From Thermoplasmatota archaeon (GTDB taxonomy: Archaea; Thermoplasmatota; E2; JACPAO01; JAHFTW01), in contig JBFIHX010000005.1 of assembly GCA_041601615.1 (NCBI GenBank), positions 32,001 to 96,000 of the forward strand: DNA of 64,000 bases, given 5' to 3'. The notes beneath the pieces were generated by a model, which saw nothing but the letters and a program-made list of their open reading frames with translations, was not told the DNA's origin and searched no databases. Position numbers and translations under genes: made by a program. Positions 52,439 through 60,260 of this stretch are shown one piece after another. The first letter of the stretch is position 1. The number at the start of each line of letters is the position of its first letter.

Positions 52439-54837
52439 GAGGCAGGATCGGGCGCGGCGACTTGATGGTTGGCCTGACGGACGCGCAACCAACGCAGGAG
52501 GCCTGGCACCACGAGCCAGGTGGCGGCGAAGATTGCGGTGACGGCGAGGGCGGCGCCAAGAAGCATCTGCCCGCCGCTTCGCACCCGCGTCATGCTGAAG
52601 ACCAAGAACGCGCCCGCGTCGGTGAGCGCCGAAAACAGAACGGCTCGTCCGGTAATGCGCAACGTGCCGGCCCAGTCGCCGGTGTCGCGGTACTTGTAGA
52701 CGAGGTATGCGGCGTAGTCGCTGCCGATGCTGGTGATGAACACGAGCGAAATGAGTTGGTAGACGCCGATGCTACCGAGGGTCAGTTTCAGGAGGCCAAA
52801 CCACCAGAGACTGGACAGAAGGACCGGCAAGGCGACTACGGCGGTGGCGCGCCAGTCGTTGGTGACGCCGAAAAACAGCACGAGCGTCGAAATCAGGCTC
52901 ACCACATAGAGCACCGTGAGGCTCTGTTGGGATTCGGCCATGAAGTCCCGTGCCAGGAGCTTGTAGCTGTAGACGCGCACGTCCAGATCTTCCGGCGGGC
53001 TGGCGGCGACCACGGCTGCTTGGTATGCGGCGCGGGCTTGGTCCGTGGCTTCAACGCCTTCGCCTTCCGGAAGCGGCAGCATGTAGAGCGCACCGACGCT
53101 GTGGTCGCGTGACAGGAGCGCCGTGGTGATTTCTCGGTACGGTTTTTCCGCCTCCAACGCCGCAACGCCCTCCTCGGCGGACTCTGGTTCCGGCAGTTGG
53201 GTCGGGTCCGTGGGCAGGACGGGCAGCAGGACGCCGCCGCCGGGGAGCGCTCGTTGCTGGCGGTGGCCCTCGACGATGGCGGGCAGATTGAACGACTCAT
53301 TGGCACCCTGCAAAAAGCCACGCGCCGTGACTTCGGCCAAGAATCGCTCCTGGAACGCGAAGCTCTCGTTGCTAACGACTTGGCCCTGCATCAACAAAAA
53401 CCACGAGTCTTCCGTGTCGAAGGCGGCCTCGAATTCCCGCTGCGCCGCAATCAGCGCGTCGTCCTTGGGGAGGCTTCCCGACAACAGATCCACTTCGTAG
53501 TCCATGGTTGCAAACGCCACGAGCCCTCCGCCCGACAGCAGAAGCGCCACCGCCGCCACAAGCAGCGGGTTCTTGCGGGCGGCCCGGCCGGATGCCAGAA
53601 ACACGCCGGAGCCGAGCGTGGGTGCGGGCCGGTGTTTCTCGCGGTCGCCGCCGCGCGCGAAGGCTGCCAAAAACGCCGGTAGGTAGGTGAGGCTAAGCAC
53701 CGCGATGAGGGCGATGCTGCTTGCGGCAAGTACACCCATTTGGCGAAGGTATGGGCTGCGGCTGGTGCCCAGCGTCAGGAGGCCGATACAGGTGGTTAAC
53801 GTCACGAGCACGATGGGAACCCCGAGTGCCTTGCCCAGGTGCCGGCCCAAGCCCCGCCCGAACCCTCGCCGGTCCGCCCGCGCCTCCGCTAGGACATGGA
53901 TGCTGTAGTCGATGCCGTTGCCCATGACGAGCGGGAGCACCGCGAAGTTCAGGACGTTGAAGGGAATGCCAAGCCAGCCAAGTGTTCCCATCGTAAAGAT
54001 GAGGCCGACGCCGAGGGAGGTGAACCCACCGAGCACTGCGGCGGGGCGCCCGGCGGAGACGAGAAACAGCACGAAGACGAGGCCGACGCCGAGGGCACCG
54101 AGGACGGCCATGTCGCGGTACATGATGCCATTGACGTGGTTGGACACGGACGCAACCCCCACAGCTTCTGTGTGTTCCGGCGACAGTGCCGAAAATCGCT
54201 CCGTCCGGTATGCGTCCTGGATGGCGTCGGCGATGCGGCCGCCGACGGCGGTGGCTTCGAGTGTAAACGGCGGCGACTCGAACTGGAACCCGAGGTAGCC
54301 CGTGCGCAGGTCCGGCGTCAGCACATACTGAAACAACTCGGGCTGGGTGTCCCTGGCTGCCTTGATCGCGATGCGCAGTTCGTCGTCGGATTCCGGAAGC
54401 CGCGCCTCTTGTGGGTCCTCGCCGAGTCCTCGTTCGATTTCGTACTGGGCCAACTGCACGAACCGCACCGGTCCCACGACGCTCGAAAGCTCCGGAATCG
54501 CGGCGGCAACGAAATCCACGAGCGCTTCCTGGTCCCGCAGCGCGCCCACGGACAGCAATCCGTCCGGGTCCGAGCCCGCATACCCAAGGAGCGTGCGTTC
54601 AAAATTGACGAGCCCGTCCAATTCCTCAACGCCCGTCAAGAATGCCGCCGCGTCGGGTGCCGCCGGGTCCACCCACTCCGTCATGCGGTTGTGCACTTGC
54701 AGCCGGAACACGCCCGGCACCATCACGACCACCAACAGGAGGGTGACAATCAAAACGGCCCGGCGGTGCTGCACGCTCCAATGCACCGCGTGCTCCACGG
54801 CGCCCTCAAACGCGCGCGCCAGGCGAGGCTGGGCCAC
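52435..54837 (-). CDS. MMPL/RND-family transporter
   Basis: Two TM repeats with GNGIDYSIH and SIGSDY; start inferred. Confidence 0.9.
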   Translation of the reverse strand: MAQPRLARAFEGAVEHAVHWSVQHRRAVLIVTLLLVVVMVPGVFRLQVHNRMTEWVDPAAPDAAAFLTGVEELDGLVNFERTLLGYAGSDPDGLLSVGALRDQEALVDFVAAAIPELSSVVGPVRFVQLAQYEIERGLGEDPQEARLPESDDELRIAIKAARDTQPELFQYVLTPDLRTGYLGFQFESPPFTLEATAVGGRIADAIQDAYRTERFSALSPEHTEAVGVASVSNHVNGIMYRDMAVLGALGVGLVFVLFLVSAGRPAAVLGGFTSLGVGLIFTMGTLGWLGIPFNVLNFAVLPLVMGNGIDYSIHVLAEARADRRGFGRGLGRHLGKALGVPIVLVTLTTCIGLLTLGTSRSPYLRQMGVLAASSIALIAVLSLTYLPAFLAAFARGGDREKHRPAPTLGSGVFLASGRAARKNPLLVAAVALLLSGGGLVAFATMDYEVDLLSGSLPKDDALIAAQREFEAAFDTEDSWFLLMQGQVVSNESFAFQERFLAEVTARGFLQGANESFNLPAIVEGHRQQRALPGGGVLLPVLPTDPTQLPEPESAEEGVAALEAEKPYREITTALLSRDHSVGALYMLPLPEGEGVEATDQARAAYQAAVVAASPPEDLDVRVYSYKLLARDFMAESQQSLTVLYVVSLISTLVLFFGVTNDWRATAVVALPVLLSSLWWFGLLKLTLGSIGVYQLISLVFITSIGSDYAAYLVYKYRDTGDWAGTLRITGRAVLFSALTDAGAFLVFSMTRVRSGGQMLLGAALAVTAIFAATWLVVPGLLRWLRVRQANHQVAAPDPAS

Positions 54838-54881
54838 GGGTGCGGGGTGGCCGCTGCGCGTTTCAGGGTTGGGGTGGGGGG

Positions 54882-55091
54882 CTAGTCCTCTTCCGCAACC
54901 CACTTCGCCGCAAGCCTTGGCGCCATCGCAACCAGCACAACCCCGGCGACACCCACAGGAAACAACCCGAGGGCGTGGAGTAAATGCTCGTCGAGGTCCA
55001 GCGCGAACGCTAGGGAGATGGTCAAGGAGGGGAAGGCCACGAAGCTGCCTACGACGCGCAGGAGGTTCGTGACATTTTGTCGCTCGCTCAT
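54882..55091 (-). CDS. Small two-TM protein following cox subunit III
   Basis: 69 aa, hydrophobic; position suggests an oxidase accessory subunit (inference). Confidence 0.6.
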   Translation of the reverse strand: MSERQNVTNLLRVVGSFVAFPSLTISLAFALDLDEHLLHALGLFPVGVAGVVLVAMAPRLAAKWVAEED

Positions 55092-55101
55092 GTGGATGCG
55101 C

Positions 55102-55893
55102 CTAGTGGAGTACGTAGGCCGGAATCAGGTACAGGACACTGAACACAACGACCCAAACCAGGTCCACGAAGTGCCAGTACATGGCGGCGGTTTCGGGGCC
55201 GGCGTGGCGGTGTTCGTCGTACTGGCCCTTGAGGCTGCGAATCCAGACCACGATGAGGTACACGAGGCCACCGAATACGTGCAGACCGTGGGTGCCGGTG
55301 AGCATGTAGAAGGTGGTCATGAATTGGCTGCTGCCAAGGACGTGCCCTTCGCTGATGAGGGTCATGTATTCGCTGACTTGTCCCGCCAGGAACACGGCAC
55401 CGAGCAGAACGGTGATGCCCCACCAGGTGTTGAAGCCCTTCTTGTTGCCCATTTTCAGGTGCTTCTCGGCTTGGTGGATGGTGTAGCTGCTGCTGAACAA
55501 GACCAGCGTGAAGAAGGCCACCGTGGGGATGGGGAAGTGCACTTCGGCGTCGGGCCAGTGGCTGGCGAGGCGCTGGAAGGTGAAGTACGTCGAGAACAGG
55601 GCGCCGAAGATGAACACTTCACTGCTGATGAACAGGAGGGTTCCTGCGCGGGCCATGCCGGGGCCGGTGCCCGTGTTGGTCTTCCACCAGATGTAGTCTT
55701 GGCGCCACCAGCCGAGCAGCACGACGACGAGCGCGATGGCGCCGAGGGCGAAGACGACGGGGCCCATGAACAGGCCGATGGCGACGGCGCTGATGGCGAG
55801 GGCGAGCCAGAATGGCCAGACGCTGCCGTGGGGCAGGTGGGGTTCGGGGTGTGCGCCGCTGGCGCCGTGTGCGTGGGCGTCTTTGGAGCTCAT
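55102..55893 (-). CDS. coxC: Cytochrome c oxidase subunit III
   Basis: FISSEV..FGALF, TGTHGLHV, YWHFVDLVW; ATGA overlap with subunit I. Confidence 0.96.
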   Translation of the reverse strand: MSSKDAHAHGASGAHPEPHLPHGSVWPFWLALAISAVAIGLFMGPVVFALGAIALVVVLLGWWRQDYIWWKTNTGTGPGMARAGTLLFISSEVFIFGALFSTYFTFQRLASHWPDAEVHFPIPTVAFFTLVLFSSSYTIHQAEKHLKMGNKKGFNTWWGITVLLGAVFLAGQVSEYMTLISEGHVLGSSQFMTTFYMLTGTHGLHVFGGLVYLIVVWIRSLKGQYDEHRHAGPETAAMYWHFVDLVWVVVFSVLYLIPAYVLH

Positions 55894-57524
55894 TGGAGGG
55901 CCTCCTTTTCGGCGCGGTATTGATCCGCCAGCGGGGTTGGTTCGGTGTCGACGATGAGGCCTTCGCCGAGCACGACGCGGCCCTCTTCCCAGAGTTGCCA
56001 TTCGATGGTGCGAGCACCACCCCATGGGTCGCTGTAGACGCGCTTGTTGCTGTAGTGGCTGACGGCCACGTTGAGCATGAAGACGGCGACGGCGACGGCG
56101 ATCATGAAGGCGCCAACGGTGCTGATTTGGTTGAGGAGTGTGAACTCTTCGGGGTAGTCGTAGACGCGCCGGGCCATGCCGCGCAGGCCCATGAGGAACT
56201 GCGGGAAGAACGTCAAGTTGAACCCGACGAACATGAGCCAGAACTGCGTGTCTGCGAGCTTTTCGTTGTACATGCGGCGTCCGAAGATGAACGGATACCA
56301 GTAGAAGAAGGCTGCAAAGATGCCGAACACAGCGCCGCCGACCATGGTGTAGTGGAAGTGGGCGACGACGAAGTAGGAGTCGTGCAGGGCGTAGTCGACG
56401 GGGATGCTGCCGAGCATGACGCCGGTGATGCCGCCGATGACGAAGAGCCAGATGAAGCCGAGTGCGTGCTTCATGGGTGCGTCGAAGTGGATCTTGCCGC
56501 CCCACATGGTTGCGAGCCAGTTGAACACCTTGATGCCGGTGGGGACACCGACGAGCATGGTGTTGAACATGAACACGGCGCGGATGCGGGGGTCGATGCC
56601 GGTGGTGAACATGTGGTGGGCCCAGACTAGGAAGCCGACGATGGCGATGCCGAGCAAGGCGTAGGCCATGGATTTGTATCCGAAGACGGTGCGGCGGCTG
56701 AATTTGGGAATGACCTCACTCAGGATGCCCATCACGGGCAGCACGAGGACGTACACTTCGGGGTGTCCAAAGAACCAGAACAAGTGCTGGTACAGGATGG
56801 GGTCGCCGGCGGGGCCGGTGAAGAAGCTGGTGCCGAAGTTGCGGTCGAACAGCAGCATTAGGAAGGCAACGGTGACGACGGGCAGGCTGAACACCAGAAG
56901 GATGGATGTGGCCAATTGACTCCAGCAAAACAGGGGCATGTTGTGCAGGTGGACGCCGGGGCCGCGCATCTTGAAGATCGTGACGAGGAAGTTGATGCTG
57001 CCGAGGGTGGAGGCGAGACCGAGCAGGATGAGCGCGGTGATCCACATGTCGAGGCCGACGTTGTCGATGGTCGTCGAGAGTGGCGCGTAGCCGACCCAGG
57101 TGACGTTGACGGCCGTGACGCCCTTGAGGAGCATCGGCAGCCACAACAGGAGACCGGCGGGGGGGATGAGCCAGAACGACAAGGCGTTGACTCGGGGGAA
57201 TGCCATGTCTTTGGCTTTGATCATGACGGGCACGAAGTAGTTACCAAAGCCAGCGAGGGCGGGCATGATCCAAAGGAACACCATGGTGGTGCCGTGCAGC
57301 GAGAAGAACTCGTTGAAGGCGGCGCCGTCCACAATGGTGGCTCCGGGCAGGAACAGTTCCATCCGGATTACGAGGGCGCTGATGCCGCCGAGGATGAAGA
57401 ACAGGAAGCCGGCCCAGAGGTACATCAGGCCGATTTCTTTGTGGTCCGTGGTCGTCAACCAGCGTCGCAGGCCGGTCGGTTTCCCGTGGCCTTCTTTCAT
57501 GACGAACTCTGCGGCGGCAGTCAT
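55890..57524 (-). CDS. coxA: Cytochrome c oxidase subunit I, A1 type
   Basis: TTDHKEIG, FFGHPEVY, WAHH, VVAHFHY. Confidence 0.98.
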   Translation of the reverse strand: MTAAAEFVMKEGHGKPTGLRRWLTTTDHKEIGLMYLWAGFLFFILGGISALVIRMELFLPGATIVDGAAFNEFFSLHGTTMVFLWIMPALAGFGNYFVPVMIKAKDMAFPRVNALSFWLIPPAGLLLWLPMLLKGVTAVNVTWVGYAPLSTTIDNVGLDMWITALILLGLASTLGSINFLVTIFKMRGPGVHLHNMPLFCWSQLATSILLVFSLPVVTVAFLMLLFDRNFGTSFFTGPAGDPILYQHLFWFFGHPEVYVLVLPVMGILSEVIPKFSRRTVFGYKSMAYALLGIAIVGFLVWAHHMFTTGIDPRIRAVFMFNTMLVGVPTGIKVFNWLATMWGGKIHFDAPMKHALGFIWLFVIGGITGVMLGSIPVDYALHDSYFVVAHFHYTMVGGAVFGIFAAFFYWYPFIFGRRMYNEKLADTQFWLMFVGFNLTFFPQFLMGLRGMARRVYDYPEEFTLLNQISTVGAFMIAVAVAVFMLNVAVSHYSNKRVYSDPWGGARTIEWQLWEEGRVVLGEGLIVDTEPTPLADQYRAEKEALQ

Positions 57525-57641
57525 GCTTGGTCGCGGCCGACGGGGGGGTCCTTTATGATGGTGACGGGAGCACCCGGGGGCGGGGTTAGCTCGGGCCGCG
57601 GAGTTGTTCTTTTGTAGGGCCCCCTCCTCGCGCGCACCCAC

Positions 57642-59000
57642 ATGAGGAAGGCGACCGTCGGTTCCGTGCTCTTGGCGTTCCTGGCTCTTGCTGGCAACGC
57701 GGCCGCTCGTGGTGGCATGCCGGAACCCCAGACTGGGCGAGGCAAGATCATCGAGAGCATCTACTTCGATATCTATGTGGCCGGCATGATCACCTTCCTG
57801 GTGGTCATGGCGCTTCTTCTGTGGGCGATCATTCGCTACCGCGCCAGCAGTGGTGTGGGCCGCGCGACCTTTGAAAAAGAGCGCGAGAACCTCAAGATGG
57901 AGATGACTTGGATTGTCATTCCCCTCGGCGTTGTCCTTTGGGTCGGCGCCATCTCGTACGGTGGTCTCGTCACCCTAGACGAAGGCACGGCGCCCGAGGA
58001 TGTGTTCGTGGAGATCGGCATCGAGGGCAGCCAGTGGAACTGGGAAGCGCTCTACCCGGGTGGCGTCAGTGTCTTCTCGGATCCGGCGCCGGGAACGGGA
58101 GAGGTCGCAGACGACAAGGTGTTCGTGCTTCCTGCCGGCGTGGAGGTCCTGTTCAATGTTACAGGCCTCGATGTGATTCACTCGTTTGCCATCCAGGAAT
58201 TCGACGTGGAGACGGGCAAACTGGGTACGCAGATCGGCATGGTCGACGCAAACCCCAGTGGCCCGCACCAGTACAACCTCATGGTCGTGAACTTCGAGGA
58301 AGGCGAGTACCGCGTCCAGTGCAAGGAAATGTGCTTGAACCCCGGCCACGGCTACATGCGCGCCCGCATCATCGCTGTCCCGGTGGCTGAGTACAACGAC
58401 TGGCTTGCCGACAAGCAACTGGAAGTGGGTGCCGACATCATCGAGCGCCTTGACCTGGAAGTCGTCGGTGGCGCCATCGCCGGACCCGAGGATCTTACCA
58501 TCGTCAACGGAGCACGCATCATTGCCAAGGTGCACAACGGCGGCACGGCTGCGGAAACGGTCCACGTCGGTTCGGTCAACGTTACCGTGGCGCCTGGTGC
58601 AACCGAACCGCTCGTGTACAACACCGACAAGGCCGGCGAGTACGCCTTCACGACCGCCTCCGGCGGCAATTTGGCGTTCACTGTGGTGGATGCGGTGGTC
58701 GTTGACGTGCAACTGGACGACTTTTCAATCATCCCGTCGGACTGGAAGCTCGAGGGCGGCAAGACCTACCTCGTGCGCGTGCAAAACATCGGCGCAGCGC
58801 CCCACAACCTGTTCGTTGGCAACTACGACGAGGCCGGATCTGGAAAGAACAACGTGGTCGAGTGGAACTCCCTAAACGTGGGCGCCGGAGAGACCACTTC
58901 GTTCGTCATCACTCCTGGCCGCGACATGTCCTTCGAGACATGGTGCAATGTCCCGGGTCACCGCGACCTTGGCATGTTTGGCGTGCTGGCGGCAAGCTAG
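57642..59000 (+). CDS. coxB: Cytochrome c oxidase subunit II with extra C-terminal cupredoxin domains
   Basis: Two TMs, QWNW, DVIHSF, CKEMCLNPGHGYM (CuA); terminal PHN...WCNVPGHRDLGM. Confidence 0.92.
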   Translation: MRKATVGSVLLAFLALAGNAAARGGMPEPQTGRGKIIESIYFDIYVAGMITFLVVMALLLWAIIRYRASSGVGRATFEKERENLKMEMTWIVIPLGVVLWVGAISYGGLVTLDEGTAPEDVFVEIGIEGSQWNWEALYPGGVSVFSDPAPGTGEVADDKVFVLPAGVEVLFNVTGLDVIHSFAIQEFDVETGKLGTQIGMVDANPSGPHQYNLMVVNFEEGEYRVQCKEMCLNPGHGYMRARIIAVPVAEYNDWLADKQLEVGADIIERLDLEVVGGAIAGPEDLTIVNGARIIAKVHNGGTAAETVHVGSVNVTVAPGATEPLVYNTDKAGEYAFTTASGGNLAFTVVDAVVVDVQLDDFSIIPSDWKLEGGKTYLVRVQNIGAAPHNLFVGNYDEAGSGKNNVVEWNSLNVGAGETTSFVITPGRDMSFETWCNVPGHRDLGMFGVLAAS

Positions 59001-59378
59001 GGGCACAATCCGCTCGGTGTGGCCCCCGCGCTCGCTTGCTTTGGCCCTCCAGCCCTCTCCCGCTTCCTCTCTCCATCTCCCTTTCGCCCGCTCCCGCCCC
59101 CTCCATCCATCTCCCTCCCTTTTGTCTCTGTGCTCCTGTCGCTCCGCGGTTTCGGCCACTGGGTGCGAGACGCCCATGGTGCCGCGCCCGTTCTGTTGTG
59201 TGCCCATTTGGCAGCCGTTCCAACATCGACTTCAAGGGTCGGGCGCCGTTTTGGAGTGGGTAGAATTTGTCGGTTGGCCCGAACCTATAGCAAATGGAGC
59301 ACATACGAAAGGTAAACCTACTGTTGTGCACCCTTGGTATCCACTTGGCTTATACAACCAAGGTCGATTGCATAAGAT

Positions 59379-59924
59379 ATGGTGCCAGGGACTTTTGATG
59401 AACTGCAACCCCCGAGTCTGACCGGAAGCACGTATGTGCAGGCAAGGACTCGGAAACAGGTCCTACAGGCAGTTCACAGCAGGCCAGGAATCAACAAAAC
59501 GGAGCTGATGAAGCGATCCGGGCTTTCCTGGGGAACGGTCGGACACCACCTTCGCATGCTAGAACGGGACGGCCTCATCAACCTGGTGCGCGTCGGGCGC
59601 ACCCTCCACGCGGCTCCTGTTTCCTTCACTCGAGGCATCGCCCGCGCGCCGGTTCTCACCTGTCCCGATGCCCGCCGCATCCTCAGCATCCTCATTGCTG
59701 AGCCATTTGCCAGAGGGGCCACCGATCTTGGCCGTGTGCTCGGAATGACCCGCAAACAGGTGCGCCGCCACTTGTACGAACTCGTGGCGGAAGGACTGGC
59801 AGAGAACGACGGCGCATACCACCCGCGCTACCGCTCCACGCGCACCGGCATGGACGCGGCCAACCACCTCGCCGTCGTGGATTTTTCATTCCGGGACGCC
59901 GTATCAGAAGTGATGGCGGTCTAG
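59379..59924 (+). CDS. Tandem winged-HTH transcriptional regulator
   Basis: PGINKTEL...LSWGTV.HHL..LE..GLI plus a second HTH. Confidence 0.8.
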   Translation: MVPGTFDELQPPSLTGSTYVQARTRKQVLQAVHSRPGINKTELMKRSGLSWGTVGHHLRMLERDGLINLVRVGRTLHAAPVSFTRGIARAPVLTCPDARRILSILIAEPFARGATDLGRVLGMTRKQVRRHLYELVAEGLAENDGAYHPRYRSTRTGMDAANHLAVVDFSFRDAVSEVMAV

Positions 59925-59934
59925 GCTGAATCAA

Positions 59935-60260
59935 AAAGGGTCAATCGTTCGGGCCGGGTCGCGCCTAGCCCGGACGACCTGTGGCGTTAGAACCAGCTGC
60001 TTAGGTCTCGTTGGACTGCGATTTCCAGCGATTCAGAACGACCCCCAAAGGGGTCGATCGTTTGGGCCGGTTCGCGCCATGCGCGACCGACCTGTGGCGT
60101 TAGAACCAGCTGCTTAGGTCTCGTTGGACTGCGAGTTCCAGCGATTCAGAACGACCCCCAAAGGGGTCGATCGTTTGGGCCGGTTCGCGCTCTGCGCGAC
60201 CGACCTGTGGCGTTAGAACCAGCTGCTTAGGTCTCGTTGGACTGCGAGTTCCAGCGAATC
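59935..60260 (-). repeat. 113-bp tandem repeat (3 units) of the polB 3' end plus hairpin spacer
   Basis: Stop codons at 60213, 60100 and 59987; each unit encodes SLE(L/I)AVQRDLSSWF*. Confidence 0.96.

Noticed and set aside
55894-56505. N-terminal extension of the 467-aa ORF containing cox subunit III
   Set aside because: Arg-rich alternative frame inside coxA; the real start is the ATG at 55893.
59935-60260. Tandem repeats as a CRISPR array (also 3052-3267)
   Set aside because: Spacers are near-identical rather than unique, the repeats are gene ends, and no cas genes are present.
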